A stretch of DNA of 64,000 nt from a virus: IMG/VR virus record IMGVR_UViG_3300022843_000001, positions 96,001 to 160,000 of that record; one strand, written 5' to 3'. Shown here one piece after another: positions 38,901 to 46,846 of the stretch; positions within the stretch are counted from its first letter, which is position 1; each line of letters begins with the position of its first letter. The translations under genes and the position numbers were made by a program. Under the pieces are notes generated by a model, which ran no database searches, was not told the origin of the DNA, and saw only the letters and a list, made by a program, of their open reading frames with translations.

Positions 38901-39131
38901 TTGATTAGTAGCAACTAAATCTGCTGCAGTGTCTATAGTATCTTGATTAGTAGCAACTAAATTAGAAGAAGTTTGTTCTGCATTATCAGATATGTTATCA
39001 ATTTCTGACTCTAATCTAGTAATTTCTGTAAGTTTATCAGCTACTGACTTTACAATATCATAACCAGTAGTAGCCAATTCTCTGTCTATAGCAACTTTAT
39101 TTGATGTTAGCGAACTAAATTTTCTAGCCAT
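35943..39131 (-). CDS. Tail fibre/appendage protein (mosaic, 1062 aa)
   Basis: N-terminal heptad repeats, DRYLGAKSSDPTLDNDG motif, YTGDG repeats, discoidin/F5-8-like segment (FTIEGSNDG), C-terminal AWVNFDG domain. Confidence 0.85.
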   Translation of the reverse strand: MARKFSSLTSNKVAIDRELATTGYDIVKSVADKLTEITRLESEIDNISDNAEQTSSNLVATNQDTIDTAADLVATNQDTIDTASDLVETNQDTIDTAADVVTTNNNVILVEADKNQTGLDRTAVANDLVSTNQDTIDTAADVVATNNDVVTTNNNVILSEADKVQTGLDRIAVAAYLVLTHQDTIDTALDLSATNADVVATNADVVTATYERSLAENARDAAELAYDNFDDRYLGAKSSDPTLDNDGDALVIGALYFNSVSNKMQAYSGSLWGDIVSGYTQTQIDDKDTAVSNTIARNSTLNQEAVTQGKSERSGFSAAIYTGDGADGRAINTGLDMSTGDFGGLVWAKSRSADSHHLFDTIRGNSVRLRSDTTDEEGTVATTHQSFTPTGFTVGTSDVINGNAETYASWSWQTTKKVTGTTNRNKAYTSHYNPDLGFSIVGYEGDGAAGHEIPHHLGVEPDLTITKGRDTGFDWLVQSKLLGDSHNTIILNTTGTVINIAAVNYLVNELTVSIGSNLASNQADKNYVSYHFTSVPNVSKIGKYIGTGAAGNYVDCGFKPAFVMVKNLTNIGSWETVDSQILDNYLRLENSGAQVSQTTRTRLDDNGFYIGDDNGNGNDLNDEYLFMAYAESSTGGAGTNTYTNSDYTYPTTADTLSIAQNTLISFAQGFDANGQVDSKENVGSGVTYALGAGHESKHYYIYKDLGGSYGVTENRPLEGITRNDADKWGVVSPLDASLRTTARHFGYESSTGAASASVSLYPAWNAFNKNANDQVVGSSDLWLGTSTTNSQLQYKGTEARVLKSWRLRAPADNTRLPKRFTIEGSNDGFTWTAIDSTFTSSDYSGNGVKLWGDLYTTAGNTTAYIYHRINNTANNGAATYTGIAELEFNTILPSDYYLIDAGRMYNSSDTAIERTYLAEFRTDSEGDVINSTLVNMPVAKQRFNNVEAHGDLTVHGEIKNTGVATAWVNFDGTQNPPLILASYNVSDVVDLGTGKYQVIFEVPFTATYSYSCEANRLEDNNSPSVTGTQSPETRSIILNHWNSGFSPSDPFQLCLNIFGGKE
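38490..38965. repeat. Imperfect 7/14-codon repeats (ATNQDTIDTAADLV) in the fibre stalk
   Basis: Repeated translated units NQDTIDT and TNNNVI...EADK.QTGLDR. Confidence 0.85.
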
Positions 39132-39748
39132 TATACAAAACCTCTTTGATCAAATTTATAAGATTCCATATCGTCAGGAAGCAGTAAACCTTGGTCTACT
39201 ACTCTTTTACAGCTTTGGTCAAACCTTATATAGTGTGTATTATTTTCTGCTTTTATGTCAGAAGATATAGTTGAATTACCTCTATAGCCTATGTAATGCA
39301 ACAAAGCTTCTAGTAGTTGTGGAGGTAATGCTAAACTATCAGTAGTGTAATTAACAAAAGGAATAGACCCTCTATATATAATACTTAATTTTTCATCTTG
39401 TGCTACATTAGGAACTTCTACTGTGTTATACGTGGGAGTCATTATACCTAGAGGATCTTTTTCATCATTTACAGAAACTAGTTCTCCTTGTTCGTCATAA
39501 CACTCTATAACTACAAGGAAATTAGCAGGATTGTTTATACTAACATCTGTGTCGGTACCGTCTAGAGTATACGTTGTTTTACCTGTTTGAAGAGTAATAA
39601 TAGCTTCTTCAGCTTTAAGTGTGAACCTTTTATGAAGTTCCAACATACCAAGATTTATAAATCCAATTACTGCTTCTTCATTATCTTTTACAGATAACTG
39701 CCTCAGCTCTGAACTTTTAGCTAGACTTATTACTTGGCTGACTAACAT
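39131..39748 (-). CDS. N4 gp67-like head-tail adaptor
   Basis: SELRQLS, FINLGMLELHKRF, LEALLHYIGYR; position right after the N4-type terminase. Confidence 0.75.
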   Translation of the reverse strand: MLVSQVISLAKSSELRQLSVKDNEEAVIGFINLGMLELHKRFTLKAEEAIITLQTGKTTYTLDGTDTDVSINNPANFLVVIECYDEQGELVSVNDEKDPLGIMTPTYNTVEVPNVAQDEKLSIIYRGSIPFVNYTTDSLALPPQLLEALLHYIGYRGNSTISSDIKAENNTHYIRFDQSCKRVVDQGLLLPDDMESYKFDQRGFV

Positions 39749-39789
39749 TTGTTAACCCTTAAATTTTCATTATACTACCATACTATACA

Positions 39790-41412
39790 CTAAAATATAG
39801 TACTGTTATGTAGATTATCCAAATCATCCTCGTCTGGAAAGGTAGCATACGTACCTTCTTCATTTTGTACATACTGTGTATTAGTTTCTTCACTAGGTTC
39901 AAATGGGCTTAGTTCTGATAGCATAGCAAAAGTATCAGCTACATCATCATGTTTAGATTTAAACCCTTCTTTTGTAACAAACCTTAGTTCTTCTAAACAC
40001 TCATTCATGTATTTAGATCCTTTCATTTCTTCAGGAAGTAATACTTTTTTAGCTATTATCTTAGGAAGAAAAAGCATAAATCTAGATATTTTCTTTTTAG
40101 TAGGTCTTATACCTTCTTTAACGTTATCAAAACCTTTAGCTAGATTAAAGAATACACTTTTTCTTATCATCTCAGCTTTAATCCAAGCTATAAAACCACC
40201 TTGTTGACCACTTACCTCAATTCCAACTTCTAAAGGCTTGTACATAGCTACGTACTTAAACAGATCTGCTAAAGTTTTATCCATCAGTTGTTGTGCAATT
40301 TTACCGTCTACTAAAAGCCAATCTCCGTTATTGTTATAAGCCCACACAGAAATTACGCTGTAGTCAGCTGTTTTTTCTTCACTAGTAGCAAAGTCAGTTG
40401 TTATGTACCAGTTGTAGTTGCCTTTGTTTTTTAGAACATCTTTTCTGCTGTACCAAACTAAATCGTCACTGTTAACTAGTCTGTCTTCGTCACTTGTTAT
40501 TCTAAGCATAAGCTCTTGGTCAAATGCAGCTAACTCGCCACTTTCTTTAAGACTGTGGTACTCGTGGTTAATAAAAGAAAAAGGAAATCTATCTTCCCAC
40601 GCACCAACAAATTCTTCTTCTGTACACGGAAATTTTTCACATAGAGGATAAAGCTTTGTTAGCCATGATTTAGACTCAGCTGCTTCGTATAGAGGATCTT
40701 GCTTATTAAACGGTGTACCTGTCCAATTGATCATACGTTTTTTAGGATGTAAGCACTGTCTTGCTGCTCTATACAGAACTTTTTTAATGTCTTCTACAAT
40801 AGTTGCAGATTCTGCGTTTTTGTCTGACATGAGATCGTCTAGCCCTAGCCATGTAGGACGCTTACCATATTTCTTAAATCCACGAACACCTGTGTTAGCA
40901 CCAAAACCTTTAACGAAAAACATTTTACCGTCAGCGTTTTGAAACTCCCATTCAGAATCTATAAACTTTGTGTAAGGAACATATTTCTGTAAAAATTGTG
41001 AATGGTCCCATCTGTACTGCAGGTTTTGCCTCATAGACTTAACACCGTTGTCTATTGTGTCAGCTACGTACATGGCTACGTCAACTTCACCAAAACCGTC
41101 AACTTCACCGTAAACAGCTATGTACAAAAACATGTACTCATGTATTACTGAAGTTTTAGCACCACCACGAAAACAGACAAACAAGTTCTGCCTAGATTCA
41201 GTTATTGTGTCCAACATGTCATAGTGAAACAGAGGTGAAGTATTTTCTTCACCCATAGATCCGTTAACTAGTTTAATAAATGCTATAAACTTTAAAGCAA
41301 ATCTAGTAGGTACGTAATCTTTAGAAAATTTGGAGTAATCAATTTCTTTCAGCTTTTCTTCAAGATCTTTTTTAGCTTCTTCTACTATTACTTCTGTCAT
41401 TAAAATTTCCAA
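39790..41412 (-). CDS. Terminase large subunit, N4 gp68 type
   Basis: YVPTRFALKFIAFIKLVNG, CFRGGAKTS, LDDLMSD, GTPFN, DFATS, HDDVAD. Confidence 0.9.
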   Translation of the reverse strand: MEILMTEVIVEEAKKDLEEKLKEIDYSKFSKDYVPTRFALKFIAFIKLVNGSMGEENTSPLFHYDMLDTITESRQNLFVCFRGGAKTSVIHEYMFLYIAVYGEVDGFGEVDVAMYVADTIDNGVKSMRQNLQYRWDHSQFLQKYVPYTKFIDSEWEFQNADGKMFFVKGFGANTGVRGFKKYGKRPTWLGLDDLMSDKNAESATIVEDIKKVLYRAARQCLHPKKRMINWTGTPFNKQDPLYEAAESKSWLTKLYPLCEKFPCTEEEFVGAWEDRFPFSFINHEYHSLKESGELAAFDQELMLRITSDEDRLVNSDDLVWYSRKDVLKNKGNYNWYITTDFATSEEKTADYSVISVWAYNNNGDWLLVDGKIAQQLMDKTLADLFKYVAMYKPLEVGIEVSGQQGGFIAWIKAEMIRKSVFFNLAKGFDNVKEGIRPTKKKISRFMLFLPKIIAKKVLLPEEMKGSKYMNECLEELRFVTKEGFKSKHDDVADTFAMLSELSPFEPSEETNTQYVQNEEGTYATFPDEDDLDNLHNSTIF

Positions 41413-42272
41413 GGCTTATCAGGTGTAGAAGATTTACCAGTATTTGGTATATCCCATACGTCTTCTTCAGGATCAGGTACTTCTACAAAAGTATTACTTT
41501 TACTTGGTATAGGTTTATCCCTGATTTCTTCAGTAAACTCAGCTTCTTCAATATCATCTGTTTCTATTTCTTTACTTACTATTTTAGATTCAATAATTGT
41601 TTTAATAGGTACACCAGCTTGAATACTTTGTTGTTCTTTTATAATTAATTTTTCTGTAGCTTCTCTTAAAGACGCTATAGCAGATTTAGCACCATCCTCA
41701 ACTTGTATACTGATAACATTGTCATCAGAAGGTTTAAGCTCTTTAATTAATGTTTCACCTGCCTTTTGTCTAACGATTTCTGATTTAGCATTACGCATTA
41801 ACTCAGCTTGGTTAGTTATTGATTCGTACAGCAGATGTCTAAAAATTAGTTGTACAGGGGTAGTAGCTACTTTTCGTATTTCACTAACTAAAGCAGTAGC
41901 GTTATATCTAGATGCTTCGCCTGTTATTGCACTTTTAGTTTGGCCTCTGTCAGTTCTAGCTTTAAGTCTTTCTGGAAAAACAAGAATATAAGACTCAGTT
42001 AAACTGTTACCAGATTCAACTAAAGAAAAAAACTTAACAGCACACAAGTACCCTCTTGAAGTGTATTTGCTGTTACTGCTCAGTATATTTAAATGGTCCC
42101 TGTAAACGTCTAAAAATTCTTCACCGTAGTCAGGATTTTGAGCTAGCTTGTTAAGCTCATACACAGTATTCTCATCAATCATGTGTTTTTGTTTAGCAGA
42201 CAGCTGAGACTGTAAAACTTTTAAATCAAGTTTAGCTTGTTTGGATTGTTCTGATGTTACTGTTGTTCCCAT
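41400..42272 (-). CDS. N4 gp69-like protein (putative terminase small subunit)
   Basis: YLCAVKF, FPERL, QAELMRNAKSEIVRQKA; adjacent to the large subunit. Confidence 0.75.
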   Translation of the reverse strand: MGTTVTSEQSKQAKLDLKVLQSQLSAKQKHMIDENTVYELNKLAQNPDYGEEFLDVYRDHLNILSSNSKYTSRGYLCAVKFFSLVESGNSLTESYILVFPERLKARTDRGQTKSAITGEASRYNATALVSEIRKVATTPVQLIFRHLLYESITNQAELMRNAKSEIVRQKAGETLIKELKPSDDNVISIQVEDGAKSAIASLREATEKLIIKEQQSIQAGVPIKTIIESKIVSKEIETDDIEEAEFTEEIRDKPIPSKSNTFVEVPDPEEDVWDIPNTGKSSTPDKPWKF

Positions 42273-42281
42273 TTCTATAGC

Positions 42282-42737
42282 CTAATAAGGTATGTCTTGT
42301 TCTACAAATTCTACTGCTGATTTACTTAGTATGTAGTTGTAGTCTTCTGTGCTGATAGGCTTACTACCTTTTGGTAGCAGTACTTTATAATTAATATTTT
42401 TTATGTAACTTATTACTTCTTCAACATCAATGTCTTTAAATAACTCTGTGTGTCCATCAGTTTTCTTTTCAGGAACCCATTTCCACTCTGCTAGCAGTTC
42501 ATGTAAATGCTGTTCTAATAAATAAGGTACACCTGTTTCAAAATCTAACTTTGATCTAGTGAAAGGAATATACCTGTACGCCATAAACCAAGACCTTAGT
42601 ATTTCCATCATACGGTCAGTAGATCTAGGGGCGAAGCACATTCCAATTTTATAGACAACTTCCATGTCATCTAAGGTAAGTTCCAGTATGTAGACTCTAC
42701 CTACTGAAACTTCTGGTACTTTCCTAGTAGCAAACAT
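42282..42737 (-). CDS. T5orf172/MUG113-like GIY-YIG domain protein
   Basis: GRVYIL...VYKIGM...R, EQHLH, GHTELF. Confidence 0.7.
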   Translation of the reverse strand: MFATRKVPEVSVGRVYILELTLDDMEVVYKIGMCFAPRSTDRMMEILRSWFMAYRYIPFTRSKLDFETGVPYLLEQHLHELLAEWKWVPEKKTDGHTELFKDIDVEEVISYIKNINYKVLLPKGSKPISTEDYNYILSKSAVEFVEQDIPY

Positions 42738-42740
42738 TTA

Positions 42741-43193
42741 TTAATCTACAACACACCAATCTTCAGACATTATATCTATTACTGTACTGGCATAGGGTAT
42801 TTTTCTTGTGCCTTCTTCACAATCAGGAATAACAAAATAAGGATAAGAAACAGTCATTTCAGAGTTTGTAGAGTTACGAAGTACTAAGTACATACCTTTT
42901 CCATTCCAACCTGCTCTACATACTTTAGAACCACGTTTAAGTAATTCTATTGCGTGACCAAACGTTAAATTACCACTAGTTTTATATGAAGTTTCAAACA
43001 CATCTTTAGGTGACCAACTGATGTAACCATCGTAAGCAGCTGTATTAGGAAACCCTGTTTCAAGATACTCAACTAAATAACCTTCATCAGTACCATCTTC
43101 GTCATCAGGTAATACCCAACCTCGAAATTCGTTGTAATCTAAACGACTCATAGGTTTTGCAGACACTAATTTTGTTCCTACAAAAATTTCCAT
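42741..43193 (-). CDS. tad2: DUF2829/Tad2-like cyclic-nucleotide sponge with an N-terminal extension
   Basis: LTFGHAIELLKRGSKVCRAGWNGKGMYL...DIMSEDW, the DUF2829 signature. Confidence 0.75.
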   Translation of the reverse strand: MEIFVGTKLVSAKPMSRLDYNEFRGWVLPDDEDGTDEGYLVEYLETGFPNTAAYDGYISWSPKDVFETSYKTSGNLTFGHAIELLKRGSKVCRAGWNGKGMYLVLRNSTNSEMTVSYPYFVIPDCEEGTRKIPYASTVIDIMSEDWCVVD

Positions 43194-43471
43194 TAGAAAA
43201 ATTCCGGCTGCGCTACTGCTCTGGTTGCGTACATTAAACCGGTCTGTAAATCTGTTTTAGCTAGTGCCAAGAATCGTTCAGGTGTTGAATTTTTAATGTG
43301 GTCTTTTTCTTTTTTAGTCATGTCTGGACTGTATTGACTAGATACGTGTTTAGAAATTTCAATAAGTACTTCTTCCATTTTAGGACCAAGTGCTTTAATT
43401 TTGTTCATTAAGTCGATTTCGGTCTGTGAGAGTTCACGGTATCCAGTAATTTTGCGGTGCTGGTTGTCCAT
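43193..43471 (-). CDS. acb2: Anti-CBASS protein Acb2
   Basis: MDNQHRKITGYRELSQTEIDLMNKIK (Y11, K26) and KTDLQTGLMYATRAVAQP; start moved to ATG 43471. Confidence 0.92.
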   Translation of the reverse strand: MDNQHRKITGYRELSQTEIDLMNKIKALGPKMEEVLIEISKHVSSQYSPDMTKKEKDHIKNSTPERFLALAKTDLQTGLMYATRAVAQPEFF

Positions 43472-43504
43472 CTTTAAATCCTGTATAGGTTGTTTAAAAA
43501 TTAA

Positions 43505-43533
43505 AATATACACTATGTACTTTTTGTAGTCAA
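43505..43533 (-). promoter_or_regulatory. Sigma70 promoter with extended -10 upstream of acb2
   Basis: TTGACT-17-TATATT with TG immediately before the -10 element. Confidence 0.7.
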
Positions 43534-43579
43534 TAATAAACGGATCTTAGGCTGGTACGTAGAACTAGGGGGTACTGTC

Positions 43580-43669
43580 TGGCAGAAAGAGAGAGATTTG
43601 AACTCTCGGCCCCATTTCTGGGACTTTCCCTTAGCAGGGGAACGCCTTAAACCACTCAGCCATCTTTCT
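43580..43669 (-). tRNA. tRNA-Ser (GCT)
   Basis: Cloverleaf, long variable arm, loop CTGCTAA, encoded CCA. Confidence 0.92.
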
Positions 43670-43675
43670 TTAATT

Positions 43676-43753
43676 TGGGGCTTTACACAAGTTTTTACAC
43701 TTACTGGTTAAAACACGTTAACCATCCACAGCTATCAAACTGTGGGATAAAGC
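43676..43753 (-). ncRNA. tRNA-like RNA with acceptor stem and CCA but no D/T consensus
   Basis: GCTTTAT/GTAAAGC 7-bp stem, C discriminator, CCA; three internal hairpins; lies between two tRNAs. Confidence 0.6.
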
Positions 43754-43755
43754 AT

Positions 43756-43830
43756 TGGTAGCGATAACGGGATTCGAACCCGTGATTTCTAGGTTATGAG
43801 CCTAACGCCTTACCACTTGGCTATATCGCA
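43756..43830 (-). tRNA. tRNA-CAU (Met, fMet or Ile2 unresolved)
   Basis: Loop CTCATAA, TTCGAAT T-loop, CCA; T1:T72 mismatch. Confidence 0.9.
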
Positions 43831-43860
43831 AACTGCACAGTACTATATTATTTATACTAA

Positions 43861-43934
43861 TGGAAGACCTGTCTGGAATCGAACCAGAATAAAAAGATTC
43901 AAAGTCTTTCGCATCACCATTCTGCCACAGGTCT
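43861..43934 (-). tRNA. tRNA-Gln (TTG)
   Basis: AAAGA-CTTTGAA-TCTTT anticodon arm, TTCGATT, CCA. Confidence 0.9.
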
Positions 43935-43938
43935 AAAT

Positions 43939-44013
43939 TGGCTCCAAAGGTCGGACTCGAACCTACAACCTTTCCGTTAACAGCGGAATGCTCTACCATT
44001 GAGCTACTCTGGA
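43939..44013 (-). tRNA. tRNA-Asn (GTT)
   Basis: TTCCG-CTGTTAA-CGGAA, TTCGAGT, CCA. Confidence 0.92.
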
Positions 44014-44055
44014 ATAATAAAATGTAAGTGCTAGGCGCTAACACTATTCGCACAT

Positions 44056-44086
44056 AAAAAAACCCCCAGTACTTTCGTAGTGGAGG
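44056..44086 (-). terminator. Intrinsic terminator upstream of the tRNA cluster
   Basis: CCTCCACTAC-GAAA-GTACTGGGGG followed by T7 on minus. Confidence 0.65.
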
Positions 44087-44245
44087 TTTTTGTCTTCTAG
44101 GTTTTTCTTTACTTTTAGGTATAGATACTACTGAAGATCACCTCCACGGTGCTGTTTGAAATTCGGTTGATGTTTATTGTTAAAGTAAGTTTTCATTTTT
44201 GTACTCTATCAAGTATTTATTGTTTAGTACAGTACTTATAGCAGT

Positions 44246-44488
44246 TTATTTTATCCACACGTAATTTGTTATTTGAGTACTATATTTAAAATCTTTATGT
44301 AGTACTCCTTCAGTAACTTCTATTTTACCAAATTTTACTACTACTGCAGGAATCCCTTCAGCCCTTAGTTTGTCTGCTAACCAATGAAGATAAGGTCCAT
44401 TTTCTATTACGCTGTGTGCATAGTTTCTGCTTGGAGCAGGACCATTGTACTCACATTCATTTATTTCTACTTTTACACTTTTAGCCAT
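44246..44488 (-). CDS. Hypothetical protein
   Basis: 80-aa ORF in a tight minus-strand run. Confidence 0.6.
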   Translation of the reverse strand: MAKSVKVEINECEYNGPAPSRNYAHSVIENGPYLHWLADKLRAEGIPAVVVKFGKIEVTEGVLHKDFKYSTQITNYVWIK

Positions 44489-44491
44489 TAT

Positions 44492-44758
44492 TTACACAGC
44501 TTTAATTATTACTAAATTTGATTCAGCTGCTGTAGTGCCTTTTGGTACGTACAATCTGCATTTTACGTTATTATAGTCTACTGTATAAAAATCAGTTAAC
44601 ACGTAAGTTTTCTTTTCTTTTTGTACATCACCATGAACTACGTACTTTTCTATTTCTTGGTGTAATTCTTTAGCATAACCTAATGGGCCACACCAATTAC
44701 CATAACCACTAGGTTCGTGTACGTAAGTGTAGATATCATAACCTTCTATCATTAACAA
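44492..44758 (-). CDS. Hypothetical protein
   Basis: 88-aa ORF overlapping the upstream gene end. Confidence 0.6.
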   Translation of the reverse strand: MLMIEGYDIYTYVHEPSGYGNWCGPLGYAKELHQEIEKYVVHGDVQKEKKTYVLTDFYTVDYNNVKCRLYVPKGTTAAESNLVIIKAV

Positions 44759-45153
44759 TCACCCCAACGTTTAAATAAGATAGCACCTTTGTTTTGATTA
44801 CCATGTCGAAGTAAACTAGGGGATAGCATGTACACACCGTTATGCACTTTTTTAAGTAAATTTTTCTTGTACAGTTTTTGGAACAAAGTAGAAACAGTAG
44901 GTACTGTTGTATCACATTCTTTAGCAATAAAAGCAAATGTTCCTATGATACGGTTATTACTATCTTTGTTTTTAATAAGCCACGCCAAAACAGTATTAGT
45001 AGCGGTACCAGCTACACCAATGTATTCAGCTAATAACTTAGCATAAGACCTTTCCCAATAAGCTTTAGGAATCTTTTCAATAAACATATCAACAGGCATT
45101 ATTTCACCTGTACGATCATTTACCATTGTGTACGTGTCTTCATCTATATTCAT
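44752..45153 (-). CDS. RepL-like winged-HTH DNA-binding protein
   Basis: VNDRTGEI, IAKECDTTVPTVSTLFQKL HTH, GVYMLSP. Confidence 0.65.
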   Translation of the reverse strand: MNIDEDTYTMVNDRTGEIMPVDMFIEKIPKAYWERSYAKLLAEYIGVAGTATNTVLAWLIKNKDSNNRIIGTFAFIAKECDTTVPTVSTLFQKLYKKNLLKKVHNGVYMLSPSLLRHGNQNKGAILFKRWGDC

Positions 45154-45261
45154 ACTTAAATATTCTTTAGTACTTATTAAAATCGTATTTTAGCAGTTAT
45201 ATAAGTTGTTGTCTACATTATTATAGTGTTTACTAAAATACGATTCTACTAATGGGTGTAT

Positions 45262-45978
45262 TTAATCTACGTACTCTTGTATTTTGTACGGAAGTTTAAA
45301 AAATAATATCCATTCATTTCTATGAGCTACTGCATCTTTTAACTTTACAAATCTGTCAGACGCTACTAACTTTCCTTCATGTTTTAGTACAGAAGACCAT
45401 TTTCCTGTTTTTTTAACTAGTGTTATGCCTACGTACCCACTAGAACTATTTTTATACACTCTTTTGTTAACTGCTTGTTCTTGTCTTGTAGCCCACGTAC
45501 AGTTGCCGGGGTTATAACCACCATTGTTGTCAATACGCTCTATAGTCAGTTTTTCTTTGTACCCACTGTTTTTAGCCCACTCTATAAATGTCTCCATTGA
45601 GTTTGCCCATTCAGAACACATATCTATTCCTCTATTACCATAGTCAATATAGCTTTTATTTTTTGGGTTAGTACATCTGTGAACCATCGCGTACCAGACT
45701 GCTGATATTTTGCTTGTTGAAAGTCCGTGAGTAGTTCTTACTTTTGATACAGCTTCTTTAGCAAAGCAACCACAAGATGTAGATAGACCTGATTTTAAAT
45801 TACTACCTCTTATAGTTTTTTCATTACCACACTGACATTCACATAACCAGTAATGAGTGTTCTTTACATCTTCTGCTCTACTAACAACAGTTAGTCTTGA
45901 GTATACGTTTCCTACAATGTCTTTAGTGTTTACCATTACGAATCTCCTGTTAAAGCAGTAGCATAACATACTAAACAA
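45262..45978 (-). mobile_element. HNH-AP2 type homing endonuclease
   Basis: WLCECQCG...SCGC, YGNRGI, TIERIDNNGGYNPGNCTWAT, C-terminal AP2-like SGYVGI. Confidence 0.82.
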
Positions 45979-46259
45979 TGTTTATCACTACATTTACTAA
46001 AGTCTAATGCCACATACCCCTTAACTTATACAAATATTCTTTAGTAGACACTATTAAATATTATAGTGCCGTAGGGCTAAGAGCTAGGTGTGTCAAGGGG
46101 TACCTACCTTCTGCTTATATACTCTATGGTCCTTCGTTCCGCTTTGCTACTAACAGCTAGTTTTCCTCAACTACTTTATCGTAAACAAAGTGCCTTATCA
46201 TACCCGTTAACAACCACTACATTACTAAACGTAAATTTAGAAGACATTCCAAACTCCTA

Positions 46260-46440
46260 CACAAATAAAATTATATTATATATTAAAATAATTTTTTATT
46301 AAATATTAAAATAAAATTTATAAAAAATTTAAATAGGGTCGGAACAAATACTAAATTTTTAATATAACTTCTAAAGCAGTATATAGCATTCCGCTATATG
46401 TACCGCTGGGTACCCCCCGCATTCCGTGGATGGGACCCAT
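46260..46440. other. AT-rich tract plus GC-rich hairpin block at the strand switch (candidate genome terminus/origin)
   Basis: About 80 nt almost only A/T, then an ATATAGC-ATTCC-GCTATAT hairpin and GGGTACCCCCC; genes diverge on either side. Confidence 0.5.
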
Positions 46441-46462
46441 TCAAACCAAAAGGTAAATAACC

Positions 46463-46846
46463 ATGAACGTAATCAAAACTGTAGTAAAAGACATCTACAC
46501 AATCACAGGCACACTGCTAGGAGCAACAGGTGAGATAGTAACCACACTATCAGGTGAGGCAGCTAACGCTACTAAGTTAGTGACATCAGCTATCACTGCA
46601 ACACCGGGTGTCATACGTGAGGTAATCAACGCACCTATCACTGCGACAGCTGCTTACCAAGCAGAGGACAAGGGCATCTCATACGACGAAGCAGAGGCAG
46701 CACTAATAGCTATGCTACCAAGCACTGCTAGCCAAGCAGTGAAGGACTCTATGATAGCAGCAGGTAGGCTATCAGCGTCTCTCATGAAGGAAGAGGAAGC
46801 TGCGGAAGCTAAGGTAGCTACTTCAGTCACTACAACTGTAGGTTAG
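46463..46846 (+). CDS. First early protein (Ala/Thr-rich)
   Basis: ORF with AAAAGG SD; GC-richer codons than its neighbours. Confidence 0.7.
   Translation: MNVIKTVVKDIYTITGTLLGATGEIVTTLSGEAANATKLVTSAITATPGVIREVINAPITATAAYQAEDKGISYDEAEAALIAMLPSTASQAVKDSMIAAGRLSASLMKEEEAAEAKVATSVTTTVG

Noticed and set aside
38490-38965. CRISPR-like array
   Set aside because: The repeats are in-frame 21/42-nt coding repeats of the fibre with no unique spacers; no cas genes in the window
43513-43580. Theta (HDV-like) or hammerhead ribozyme next to the tRNAs
   Set aside because: I could not build the nested double pseudoknot or find a CUGANGA...GAAA core
43802-44053. 83-aa ORF in the track
   Set aside because: It overlaps three tRNA genes on the same strand; artefact
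46381-46430. Canonical N4 virion-RNAP hairpin promoter
   Set aside because: Loops are 4-5 nt rather than the GxA triloop closed by C-G; retained only as a generic terminus candidate
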